From a virus (taxonomy: Duplodnaviria > Heunggongvirae > Uroviricota > Caudoviricetes): 43,299 bases of DNA. The stretch lies in IMG/VR virus record IMGVR_UViG_2703718838_000011. One strand, given 5' to 3'. Shown here piece after piece: positions 19,393-27,176 of the stretch. The notes beneath the pieces are model-generated. The model was given only the letters and a program-made list of their open reading frames with translations, searched no databases and had not been told where the DNA came from. Positions within the stretch are counted from its first letter, which is position 1, and the number at the start of each line of letters is the position of its first letter. The translations under genes were made by a program, and so were the position numbers.

Positions 19393-19903
19393 GTTCAATC
19401 AGCACCTCTGTCATCCTGTCCGCCGGTACATCCAGATCAGCAGCCATTAGCGGCGCCACCCTGGACGGCCAGTTAAGCCAGGCATCACGCTGTTGGCGAA
19501 AGGCGTTGAATAAAACCTCCTCGGCTGCTGTCAGCTCAATAAGCTGGCCGCTGTCTTTTTCATACTGCAGCTTTGCCTGCAGGGCCATGTAATTCTCGCG
19601 GATACGTCCCGCTTCCTCTCTCGAAAGATCTGCCCCTTCAGTGAGCATTATCTGGCGGACAGTTTTATTGATTTCATCACCGTCATCATCGTTATCGCTA
19701 ACGACGGGAGTTTTCTTTTTCTTCGCGTTCGAGGCGCGCGGGTCTTTGCCATCGCGGTTTTTCTTCAATGCCGCATCGCTGGCCTCTACGTCAATCAGGT
19801 CTCCGTCCATCACAATGAAGCGCCCGGCTTTAATCCACCGACTAATTGTTTTGCGATCCACACCTGAATGTTGTGCGTACTGACTCTGGTTCATCGTGGT
19901 CAT
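19334..19903 (-). CDS. terminase small subunit (Nu1-like)
   Basis: 189-aa ORF immediately upstream of terminase large subunit and downstream of the cos-like repeat array. Confidence 0.6.
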   Translation of the reverse strand: MTTMNQSQYAQHSGVDRKTISRWIKAGRFIVMDGDLIDVEASDAALKKNRDGKDPRASNAKKKKTPVVSDNDDDGDEINKTVRQIMLTEGADLSREEAGRIRENYMALQAKLQYEKDSGQLIELTAAEEVLFNAFRQQRDAWLNWPSRVAPLMAADLDVPADRMTEVLIEHVHKHISVLGEPEFNPAED

Positions 19904-20051
19904 GGGACATCACCTGGGACATTTTCTGGGGTGGGACATTCGCCTGGGACATTTTTGCCATGTCCCACCAGAATGTCCCACTGGAATAAACTGGAATAGC
20001 CAGAGCTGGCGAGGTGTCCGTAATGATCGCCAGAGGTGGGACATGGGACAC
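19903..20051. repeat. cos-region repeat array: six direct and two inverted copies of TGGGACA(T/C)
   Basis: Direct copies at 19903-19910, 19915-19922, 19932-19939, 19945-19952, 20037-20044, 20044-20051; inverted ATGTCCCA at 19960-19967 and 19973-19980; first copy abuts the Nu1 start codon. Confidence 0.5.
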
Positions 20052-20193
20052 AAATCTGAAAGTTGTAGCTAGGAAAACACCGCGGCGCGCAATGCCCGTA
20101 CCTTACAAAAGTCTCAGGAAGGACCCATTTTTTTATTGGCTTCGACCATTCGCTCCGACTATGATTATTCCTATTCAATACAAGGAGAATGTA

Positions 20194-20697
20194 ATGGGTA
20201 ACAATATAATCAAAATAACTTTCGTAGCCGCAGTGCTGGCATCACCAATTGCTCATGCCCAGTGGGTAACTAATACTGAAGATGACCTTTTCTCTGGTGG
20301 TAAGAAAGCAATGATGCTTGGCGAGGTTTCATCCGACAATGGCGCCATTGTGTTTGACTGCACTAAAGAAAAGCTATCGGCGGCATACGTTGAAATGGAT
20401 AAAAGCACCGAATCACTATCAGAGGTACCAATGGACCTGATAATGAAGGTCGACGGGAATACCGCAGTGAAGCTCGATGCTACCCTTTCAAGACGTAATG
20501 TTCAGAGCCTCCAGATTCAATCGGATGACGCGGACCAACTAAAAACAGTGCTTAAGCAGCTTCAGGGGGCGAAATCCAAAGTGTTAGTTGGTGTGCAAAC
20601 AAAGGATGGCGGAAACCAGCATTCCATGTCAGCCAATGTTTCTGGATCGACAACTGCAGTAAACAGCTTCATAAAAGCTTGCGAAATTAACTTATAA
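20194..20697 (+). CDS. secreted/periplasmic protein of unknown function (moron)
   Basis: ATG 20194 with SD AAGGAG at 20182-20187; N-terminal signal peptide MGNNIIKITFVAAVLASPIAHA; candidate promoter TTGGCT-N18-TATGAT at 20136-20165; opposite strand to flanking phage genes. Confidence 0.55.
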   Translation: MGNNIIKITFVAAVLASPIAHAQWVTNTEDDLFSGGKKAMMLGEVSSDNGAIVFDCTKEKLSAAYVEMDKSTESLSEVPMDLIMKVDGNTAVKLDATLSRRNVQSLQIQSDDADQLKTVLKQLQGAKSKVLVGVQTKDGGNQHSMSANVSGSTTAVNSFIKACEINL

Positions 20698-20707
20698 GTT
20701 ACTGCTT

Positions 20708-21346
20708 TTATTTTGCCGTCCTGATGGCTTCTGCTATCGCCTGATTTAAAGCAGACGGTAGCAGTGCGTTCGCCATGGTACGGGCCCTATCCATATACCC
20801 CAGCACTGGAGTCACAGGTAGCGCATCACCAAACCGGATCAAAAGCTTTGGAGAACGCTGTTTGCGTTTCGGTCTTCGCGTCCCGTTAGCGGAACGTTTG
20901 GCCCGTCGCTTCTTAGCTTTCATCGGCTTCTTACGCTGCCAGACAGCGTTAACGCCATCAACCTCACCTACGAATACATTTTCCTTTGCTTTAAGCTGTG
21001 AGAGCTTATTACGCGGCATGTTGCCGTATTTGTTTAGCTTGACGTTCTTGGGGTTCAATAGCGCTTGGCTATTGAGCTTATGCTCTCCACCTAACTCGAA
21101 TGGTTCCAGATAACCAGCCGCGGTATCGCGGACAAAAACCTTTGCAGTCAGGTTGTTCTTCCTTGCCGCCACCGAACCAACTGATTTAACGGTAAACGGT
21201 GTCGGGCTCTCCAGATGTCGTTCGAACGCTGTTTTCTGTGCCGTTTCTATTTGACGAACAACTTTTGTCATAGCTAGTGCTGTAGCATATGGCACCTGCT
21301 TTTGTACCTTCTTTAATTGCTGAGAAAGGTCTTTGAGTGTTGCCAT
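20708..21346 (-). CDS. hypothetical protein with Lys/Arg-rich segment
   Basis: ATG 21346 with SD GGAG; 212 aa; basic stretch KKPMKAKKRRAKRSANGTRRPKRKQRSPK. Confidence 0.45.
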   Translation of the reverse strand: MATLKDLSQQLKKVQKQVPYATALAMTKVVRQIETAQKTAFERHLESPTPFTVKSVGSVAARKNNLTAKVFVRDTAAGYLEPFELGGEHKLNSQALLNPKNVKLNKYGNMPRNKLSQLKAKENVFVGEVDGVNAVWQRKKPMKAKKRRAKRSANGTRRPKRKQRSPKLLIRFGDALPVTPVLGYMDRARTMANALLPSALNQAIAEAIRTAK

Positions 21347-21367
21347 AAACGCTCCAGTGTACTGACA

Positions 21368-21390
21368 TAAAAAAACCGCCCGGAGGCGGT
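21368..21390 (-). terminator. rho-independent terminator (minus strand)
   Basis: Stem ACCGCC/GGCGGT (21375-21380/21385-21390) followed on the minus strand by a 7-nt U-run. Confidence 0.6.
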
Positions 21391-21407
21391 GCATTATGCT
21401 TATCGTT

Positions 21408-21650
21408 CTATTCTTGCTCCGAATCCGGGTCATCAAAAACATTAATAGATAAGTAAACACACTCACCTATTTCCCATCCTTTCTTGCTAAGAATATCTTC
21501 AGGGGTAGTATCGGGAACATAGAAATAGTACTCATATACCATATCGCCTGAATGCCCTGTATTCTCCTCAAGGTCTTCAGGTGATAGAGGTATGGAATCC
21601 AACTCATCGTCAGTGAGTTCTAATTCAGTAGCAAGCGCTGATTGTGACAT
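21408..21650 (-). CDS. hypothetical acidic small protein
   Basis: ATG 21650 with SD AGGAGG; 80 aa; followed by terminator. Confidence 0.45.
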   Translation of the reverse strand: MSQSALATELELTDDELDSIPLSPEDLEENTGHSGDMVYEYYFYVPDTTPEDILSKKGWEIGECVYLSINVFDDPDSEQE

Positions 21651-21858
21651 ATGACCTCCTGTGTGAACTAACCTCAAGCTAACCCACGCAACAATTTAAT
21701 TCAACATCATGTTTTGTAAAGGATTTCTGACGAGTCCGTCAATTTGCATTATCGCAGGCACTCAGTGAATGCTTTCTGTAATGCAGTTAGTCGAGTAGCA
21801 ATACAGCATGCCTCTCAACCACGGGATTGGATATAACCCAGTGAATGTATTATCGATG

Positions 21859-21886
21859 AAAAAAGGCCGCCTAAGCGACCTTTTGC
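21859..21886 (-). terminator. rho-independent terminator (minus strand)
   Basis: Stem GGTCGC/GCGGCC with one G-U pair, followed on the minus strand by UUUUUU, just downstream of the 83-aa gene stop. Confidence 0.4.
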
Positions 21887-21888
21887 TT

Positions 21889-22140
21889 TTATCTTGACCT
21901 GATGATTTTTTCTATAGCTAAATGGACACGTTGATAATCATCAGTCCCAACGGGATATGAAGGGCTTCTTCTTCCGGCCACTTCGCCGTTGTAAACCATC
22001 TGAACTTTGATTACCTCAACATTTTCACCATCCCAGATTTCAGTTCCACGAGAAACTTTGTAATGCGTGTTACTTGGGTGTGGTTTAGATGCTGTCACTA
22101 ACTCTACAGAGTCTTCGATGGGGAAATATGTTTTTGCCAT
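21889..22140 (-). CDS. hypothetical protein
   Basis: 83-aa ORF with ATG at 22140; own terminator downstream. Confidence 0.45.
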   Translation of the reverse strand: MAKTYFPIEDSVELVTASKPHPSNTHYKVSRGTEIWDGENVEVIKVQMVYNGEVAGRRSPSYPVGTDDYQRVHLAIEKIIRSR

Positions 22141-22202
22141 AATGTTACCTTTGGTTTCCTATGGTATTCCTTTGGAATCCTATAGAAAGGATAACGGGTA
22201 CT

Positions 22203-22454
22203 TCATGGCTTGTCCACAAATTTTAGAGTGCTCGTCTTTACCTTTTTGGGATTACAGTTCACCTTCCATGCTTTGTTATGCACTAGGATGTCGCGCTTCG
22301 TCTGCTTATCCATAACGGCAATATCGTGGTCAGTAAGATAGATGGGCTTTACCCAATCACAGGCGGTATCAACGACTACCGGGGCGGGTCCAGTTGTTGC
22401 GCAGCTCACGATCAACATCGTCGCCAAGCATATGGTTAACACTCTGCTGTACAT
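22203..22454 (-). CDS. o-spanin (Rz1-like outer membrane lipoprotein)
   Basis: Signal peptide ending in lipobox IVSC; start lies inside the 3' part of the i-spanin gene in another frame. Confidence 0.5.
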   Translation of the reverse strand: MYSRVLTICLATMLIVSCATTGPAPVVVDTACDWVKPIYLTDHDIAVMDKQTKRDILVHNKAWKVNCNPKKVKTSTLKFVDKP

Positions 22455-22644
22455 TGCTGGCCTCTTTCGTTGTTTCTACCCGGCGTTCAGCAACAGCTTC
22501 AGTAGCTGTTGCACGTTCTTCAGTGCGTTGCTGGTCCGCTTTTGTCTCAGCGATGTTAGTACCGCGCGATTTACCCAGACCAAAAGCACCTGCAATTGCA
22601 GCCAGCACAGCAACAGCCAGGCCGATAATCATTTCAAGTCCCAT
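22369..22644 (-). CDS. i-spanin (Rz-like)
   Basis: ATG 22644 with SD GAGG, 7 nt after endolysin stop; N-terminal TM helix MGLEMIIGLAVAVLAAIAGAFGL followed by charged helical region. Confidence 0.5.
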   Translation of the reverse strand: MGLEMIIGLAVAVLAAIAGAFGLGKSRGTNIAETKADQQRTEERATATEAVAERRVETTKEASNVQQSVNHMLGDDVDRELRNNWTRPGSR

Positions 22645-22651
22645 AGCGACC

Positions 22652-23269
22652 TCATACCAGTGCGGCTTTTGCTTTGGCGTAGCGTGCACGACGGTCGTTA
22701 ATGCCGTTCTGTCCACCATTGATGATCTGGGTGATGCGAACCAGATCGCCGGAATAGCTCAGGCATCCGCTGGTGGCGTAGAACCATGCAGCTGAACGTG
22801 CCGCGTTGATATCCTTTTCCAGCAACTCAGGATTACTGACTAAATCCAGTTTTAATCCCGTTCCGCAGCGGCGGTAATTATCAAGACCGGTAATCTGAAT
22901 CAGCCCACGGCCACGATATTTCCACCCATCGCCTGATGCTTTGTTACCGAGGCGATTGCTGTACACCAGATTTGCAATGGCTGGCTGATTGGCTACGTGC
23001 CCTTTTTCTTTGTCACGCCCAAGCATATATGCCTGATAGTTCGTAATGCGGCGTCCAAATGTGGTCAGCAGAGCGGCTGGGGTGTAGTTGAAGCTCTCCA
23101 CCAGCGCAGAGAATCCCGCTGATTCATGTCCTGACTGAGCAATAAACATTGCCTGGTCTTCAGGCTTAACAATGCCGAACTCTTTCATTGCCGCGTCAAT
23201 GTGCGGAAACCAGCGCGTAGCTAACCCGGCGCTTACACCAGCCGCCTGTTGAAATTGTGATTGGTTCAT
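22652..23269 (-). CDS. endolysin, glycoside hydrolase family 19 (chitinase-like lysozyme)
   Basis: 205-aa ORF downstream of holin genes; GH19-type sequence features. Confidence 0.8.
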   Translation of the reverse strand: MNQSQFQQAAGVSAGLATRWFPHIDAAMKEFGIVKPEDQAMFIAQSGHESAGFSALVESFNYTPAALLTTFGRRITNYQAYMLGRDKEKGHVANQPAIANLVYSNRLGNKASGDGWKYRGRGLIQITGLDNYRRCGTGLKLDLVSNPELLEKDINAARSAAWFYATSGCLSYSGDLVRITQIINGGQNGINDRRARYAKAKAALV

Positions 23270-23550
23270 TAATGCCTCAGCGTATCAACGAGACGCGCCA
23301 CATTCCCACGAGCCCATAACACGGCAGCGCAAATAAGAAGGTTTACGATGACCACCATCCAGTGTGACTCCTGGTAGAGGCCGAACAGATATCGGAATGG
23401 AACGCTGGCATAAACCAGCACAACGAAGTACGCCAGCAATGATATAGCGGGGCGATGTCTTGCCCCTTCACGCTGGTAGAACATCAGGACAAGGACGATG
23501 ACCGCACAAATACCTGCATTCACCATCGCTGACGGATCACTTGTTACCAT
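23269..23550 (-). CDS. holin-like membrane protein (second holin/antiholin candidate)
   Basis: ATG 23550 with SD GGAGG; 93 aa with about three hydrophobic helices. Confidence 0.5.
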   Translation of the reverse strand: MVTSDPSAMVNAGICAVIVLVLMFYQREGARHRPAISLLAYFVVLVYASVPFRYLFGLYQESHWMVVIVNLLICAAVLWARGNVARLVDTLRH

Positions 23551-23932
23551 TGCTGGCCCCTCCTCCACGGAATCGCGAAAGAATACTGAACAGGCTTCCC
23601 AAATCCTGACTGTTGAAAAATGTGAGCACTTTGATTGTCATCGCCGCCACTACAACAGCACCAAGTGCGTCTAATGGTCTGTCACTATACCCGGTAGCCT
23701 GTGACAGCTTTGAACCCACCAGTCCAGCGGCAAGAACGCCAACAATGAATGACGTCATGAAGTAAGCAATCAATCGTACTCGTGTGATATTTGCCGCTGT
23801 CGCTACATAAAATACTGCACCAGCGAATGCGCCAAATACCACGCCATAATCAATACCGGTTGCAAGACCAAATACGCTGGCTCCCATCAGGCCACCAGCC
23901 GCGACCGTAGTGCCAGAAACAGGATCGGACAT
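23537..23932 (-). CDS. holin
   Basis: 131 aa, several TM helices, first gene of lysis cassette, SD GAGGGGG. Confidence 0.6.
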   Translation of the reverse strand: MSDPVSGTTVAAGGLMGASVFGLATGIDYGVVFGAFAGAVFYVATAANITRVRLIAYFMTSFIVGVLAAGLVGSKLSQATGYSDRPLDALGAVVVAAMTIKVLTFFNSQDLGSLFSILSRFRGGGASNGNK

Positions 23933-23976
23933 TAAGCCCCCTCTTATTGCTGTGAGTCCTCTCAGGAATGAGGGGA

Positions 23977-24002
23977 ATAAAAAAGGCCACCCGAAGGTGG
24001 CC
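23977..24002 (-). terminator. rho-independent terminator (minus strand) between protease cassette and lysis genes
   Basis: Stem GGCCACC/GGTGGCC (23985-23991/23996-24002), loop CGAA, followed on the minus strand by UUUUUUAUU. Confidence 0.7.
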
Positions 24003-24026
24003 TTATGTGATTCGAGGATATATCGT

Positions 24027-24926
24027 TTAGCGAATATTCCACATCATCGTGCTGCCATTATGATTTTCAATAATTTTCGCAGCAGGACTCGTACCAAATG
24101 AATGCATGTAGCAATGATGTATAGTCAGCACAAGATCCTGCAGAGTTTGGTCGCTCTCCAGCTCCATAATGTTCAAACCAATGCTTTGCGCTTTATCCAG
24201 ATGAATATGTCTAGCATGCGCATAGGTTGTATGATGATTGTTTAGCTCATCACAAATTCGCTTAGCCTTATCTTGAGCGTTAGCATGACCTGCAAACATA
24301 CCAGTACACAGCCATTTTTGTACTATTTCATTAGCCCAAACAATAGCCTTTTCACATTCACCAATGAGAGTCGGGTTTAGCTTTTGAAGAGTAAATTGCC
24401 ACCATTGGATCGCTGCAGCATTTTCAGAAATCTCTTTCTTAGCTCGCTCATACTCTTCTATGATCGCATGAGATGATAAACCACCAAGCTGCGGATCAAT
24501 TGGCCCCAAATTTGACTGTTTGCCCAATACAATCTGTTCGGCACAGCAAGCCAACATGGTCCCACAACTCATTGAGATCATAGGAACAATTGCCCGGATA
24601 TTGGTCCCAAATTTTGAACGAAGATAATGACCAATAGATTCCAATGCTGCAATATCTCCCCCTGGGGTATGAAGCAAGATATCCAGCCCTAATGACGTGT
24701 CTAAGCCGTTAATGGCTGACATAAGACCATTTTTATCGTCATCTGACATTTGTATTAAATGCTGCAACCCAGGCCCCCCCTTCTGGAGGAAGCCTGAGTA
24801 ATATGAAATTACGTTTCGGCCTGTATGCTTCGACAACTCTCGTAAGTACTTGTGGCGAACCTCATCCGCTGGTGTACGTTGAGCAATAGTACCCATCTCG
24901 CCCAACACGTCTATCCAATTTGGCAT
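24027..24926 (-). CDS. SDH-family Clp-fold serine protease (ClpP/SppA-like)
   Basis: 299-aa ORF; segment LLHTPGGDIAALESIGHYLRSKFG...PMISMSCGTMLACCAEQ resembles the serine dehydrogenase proteinase family; family assignment from memory. Confidence 0.55.
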   Translation of the reverse strand: MPNWIDVLGEMGTIAQRTPADEVRHKYLRELSKHTGRNVISYYSGFLQKGGPGLQHLIQMSDDDKNGLMSAINGLDTSLGLDILLHTPGGDIAALESIGHYLRSKFGTNIRAIVPMISMSCGTMLACCAEQIVLGKQSNLGPIDPQLGGLSSHAIIEEYERAKKEISENAAAIQWWQFTLQKLNPTLIGECEKAIVWANEIVQKWLCTGMFAGHANAQDKAKRICDELNNHHTTYAHARHIHLDKAQSIGLNIMELESDQTLQDLVLTIHHCYMHSFGTSPAAKIIENHNGSTMMWNIR

Positions 24927-24938
24927 GTTCTTCTTTTA

Positions 24939-25139
24939 TCAATATGAGTACAGTTGATGAGATTGTTGCTCTACAGCTTCAACTGAACTTACAGTGCTGT
25001 AGGAGTATAGAACACCACTACGTATAGCCTGGTCGTCTTGCTGAGCAAGAACGCGCATAGCATAGTGTTGTACAGATTCACCTTTATGGAGTTCCTCTGA
25101 TTTAATACCTACTTTTTCGTAAAATTCTGCAGCGCCCAT
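24939..25139 (-). CDS. hypothetical small protein, first gene of late-operon cargo cassette
   Basis: 66-aa ORF, ATG 25139 with SD GAGGGA; stop 12 nt before protease start. Confidence 0.45.
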   Translation of the reverse strand: MGAAEFYEKVGIKSEELHKGESVQHYAMRVLAQQDDQAIRSGVLYSYSTVSSVEAVEQQSHQLYSY

Positions 25140-25227
25140 GATTTTGTCCCTCGTTATAGCTACATCTAGCTCAAAAACAAAACAACAAACACAAGATGTA
25201 GTGATTTACGGTCTTTAAATACACGAA

Positions 25228-25246
25228 AAGCCTCAAAACGAGGCTT
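25228..25246 (-). terminator. candidate tR'-like terminator downstream of late promoter
   Basis: Stem AAGCCTC/GAGGCTT with 5-nt loop; minus-strand downstream sequence UUCGUGUAUUU is only moderately U-rich. Confidence 0.35.
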
Positions 25247-25278
25247 TAAAAGAGTCTTTTTGATAAAGAACTAAACAG

Positions 25279-25308
25279 ACTATAGCGAGTCAATTACAGA
25301 TTTGACAA
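25279..25308 (-). promoter_or_regulatory. candidate Q-dependent late promoter (PR'-like)
   Basis: Minus-strand TTGTCA (25308-25303), 18-nt spacer, TATAGT (25284-25279), between Q and the first late gene. Confidence 0.35.
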
Positions 25309-25412
25309 GTAAAAAAGGGATTAAAAGCTCATAAAAACGGCTTTTTTGGATTATTCATCATCTTTTTTGATGCACGTAACAATCCAAATATAAAAACAAA
25401 GTTTCGACAAAA

Positions 25413-25432
25413 AACCCGCTCGATGGCGGGTT
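25413..25432 (-). terminator. hairpin terminator immediately downstream of Q
   Basis: Stem AACCCGC/GCGGGTT with 6-nt loop, flanked by A-run on plus and U-run on minus transcript. Confidence 0.4.
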
Positions 25433-25497
25433 CTTAATTCTTTGTCGACCTACGAAGCTATGGCGACGATATCAGATTTACATGAAATATATGCGTT

Positions 25498-26187
25498 TCA
25501 ATCCAGTTTTGCAAGACTTGAGTCTAAATTTGTCGCCTTTTGTTGTGAACGTGATCGCGTAACCTGCAATAAAGCCCCGCTATCCAGTCGCAGGAAGATG
25601 CTGCGCATCTCAACCCAGCGGTCAGTAAAGGTCTCTGACCAGTTTTTTGGCGTTACGCCAACCAGCGACGCCAGCGCCTGATATTCGTACATCTCACGCC
25701 CTGCCAGCTCTGCTTTCACGTCCTGAGCCGCGAGCCAGACAAGCTTCTTCAGGCGCTCCATCGTTTTGCCGGCCACCTTCTTCGCGCCGAGCTGCTCCCG
25801 GAACTCTGCCCACGCCCATTGAGTGATTTCCACCTGATAGCACCAGCGCACGTTCTCGCTATAGTTCCATAGCAGCCACGCTTTCTGGTGTTCTTCGAGT
25901 GACATCAGTGCGCGGCGCCACGATGCGCTGGAGTATTCAACCGGCTGCACCAGGGGAATATGCGAACCCTTGGCATGCGACTGCTTGCCCGGTATTGGCG
26001 GGTTATCCAGCGTAATCATTTCCCCGGTCACTTCATCCAGCACTCGAGGCTTTTTACGTTTAAACGTTCCCGTATCGAACTGCGCGTTTTCAAGCCACGC
26101 CATCAACTGCCCTTTCGTCGCACCACTTAAATCGGCGGTGGCCACCATCAACTGCTGGCGCACGTATTCGAGAAATTGAGTATTCAT
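25498..26187 (-). CDS. late-gene antiterminator Q
   Basis: 229-aa ORF between nin genes and the late/lysis region; start overlaps ylcG-like stop (ATGA). Confidence 0.65.
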   Translation of the reverse strand: MNTQFLEYVRQQLMVATADLSGATKGQLMAWLENAQFDTGTFKRKKPRVLDEVTGEMITLDNPPIPGKQSHAKGSHIPLVQPVEYSSASWRRALMSLEEHQKAWLLWNYSENVRWCYQVEITQWAWAEFREQLGAKKVAGKTMERLKKLVWLAAQDVKAELAGREMYEYQALASLVGVTPKNWSETFTDRWVEMRSIFLRLDSGALLQVTRSRSQQKATNLDSSLAKLD

Positions 26188-26321
26188 ACTGCACCGCCTA
26201 TGGTTTTGATGTAGTTCTTCAGTATCCGGTAGTCCGTTAGCACAGAGCCGGGAAAGTGGTATAAGCGAAGCCGCTGCCAGCGAACGCGGAGGTGATCGGA
26301 AAAACAGGATTCAAATGTCAT
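26184..26321 (-). CDS. YlcG-like small protein
   Basis: 45-codon ORF ([45 protein letters not shown]), ATGA overlaps with rusA stop and Q start; below ORF-track size cutoff. Confidence 0.45.
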   Translation of the reverse strand: MTFESCFSDHLRVRWQRLRLYHFPGSVLTDYRILKNYIKTIGGAV

Positions 26322-26680
26322 ACGGCCTCCAGCCCGGTGATTGTCAGTTCCAGCTTTCCACCTTTGGTAACGGGCATCTTCACAACGCGATAATCAACGA
26401 CCTGAGCATCGTCCAGCCAGAAACCTGCTTTGGTGAGTGCGTCAAAAGCGGCCTTTTGCAGATTATCCAGGTCACGGCGACGGCGATCCGGCATGTGGCA
26501 CTCAATGCGGATTTTCACAGGCATAGCCAGACCGATATCCAGCATTGCGTTTTTAATGATTCGGGCGACGTTATCGCGGTATGCCTGCCCTTCTGCGCTG
26601 ATGTGCGTGCGCCCGCGATTATGGCGGTAGTAGCGGTTATTGCTCGGCGGCCAGGGCAATGTGATGTTGTAAGTATTCAC
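26318..26680 (-). CDS. rusA: Holliday junction resolvase RusA
   Basis: GTG start at 26680 with SD GGGGG; [40 protein letters not shown]... close to E. coli RusA as recalled. Confidence 0.9.
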   Translation of the reverse strand: MNTYNITLPWPPSNNRYYRHNRGRTHISAEGQAYRDNVARIIKNAMLDIGLAMPVKIRIECHMPDRRRRDLDNLQKAAFDALTKAGFWLDDAQVVDYRVVKMPVTKGGKLELTITGLEAV

Positions 26681-26967
26681 GCCTTGATTACCCCCTCTTT
26701 CAGCCAGATAACCTGCGTTCTCGCCATACCTTCCAGCGCGCATTCTTTAGCATACTCAGCATCGACAAAATGTGTACGGCGGTCGATCTCGTCGTGACAG
26801 GCAGAGCATGCAATGGTGGCAATCAGATCAGGCGGTTTGATTCCGGTGCCACATAACCCGGCCAGGCGAATGTGCGCCAGTACAGACGTTTCCGGGTTAC
26901 CGTTGCAGACGCCGGGAATTCGAACCTGACAATCACGACCACGAGCCTCTTTGCGTAAATTTGCCAT
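26677..26967 (-). CDS. YbcO-like protein (DUF1364, putative nuclease)
   Basis: ATG 26967; [32 protein letters not shown]...[11 protein letters not shown]; GTGA overlap with rusA. Confidence 0.75.
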   Translation of the reverse strand: MANLRKEARGRDCQVRIPGVCNGNPETSVLAHIRLAGLCGTGIKPPDLIATIACSACHDEIDRRTHFVDAEYAKECALEGMARTQVIWLKEGVIKA

Positions 26968-26969
26968 GC

Positions 26970-27176
26970 TCACCCCCACGCCTTGCTTTGCCATACCCGG
27001 CTCGGGCGAGGCGCGTTATCGCCTTCCGGCAATTGCGCGCTGACGGTCCAGGTGATGTTGTCGCGATTCAGGCTGCGCTCTGTCTTTACACCGCGCGCCC
27101 GGTATTTCTCCACCAGCTCGTCGGCCTGATCGGTTGTGCATTCGTGATGGTGGAACCAGGAATATTTCATCGCCAT
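26970..27176 (-). CDS. hypothetical protein (NinE-slot)
   Basis: 68-aa ORF MAMKYSWFHHHEC..., start overlaps ybcN-like stop (TGATG). Confidence 0.4.
   Translation of the reverse strand: MAMKYSWFHHHECTTDQADELVEKYRARGVKTERSLNRDNITWTVSAQLPEGDNAPRPSRVWQSKAWG

Noticed and set aside
19903-20051. CRISPR array interpretation of the TGGGACAT repeats
   Set aside because: Repeats are 8 bp, irregularly spaced, in both orientations and have no spacers of uniform length; no cas genes; the position fits a terminase binding site.
20014-20193. Long N-terminal extension of the secreted-protein ORF (track start 20014)
   Set aside because: Extension overlaps the cos repeat array and has no RBS; ATG 20194 has a strong SD and begins a signal peptide.
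24027-24926. SDH-family protease as the head maturation protease
   Set aside because: A separate S49 protease gene occupies the canonical position between portal and scaffold; this gene lies between Q and the lysis genes.
24027-25139. Shiga-toxin-like A/B subunit genes in the Q-downstream slot
   Set aside because: Neither ORF resembles StxA (about 315 aa, RNA N-glycosidase) or StxB (about 89 aa with signal peptide); the 66-aa protein has no signal peptide.
25442-25681. 79-aa plus-strand ORF
   Set aside because: Overlaps the 3' end of Q in antisense; no RBS.
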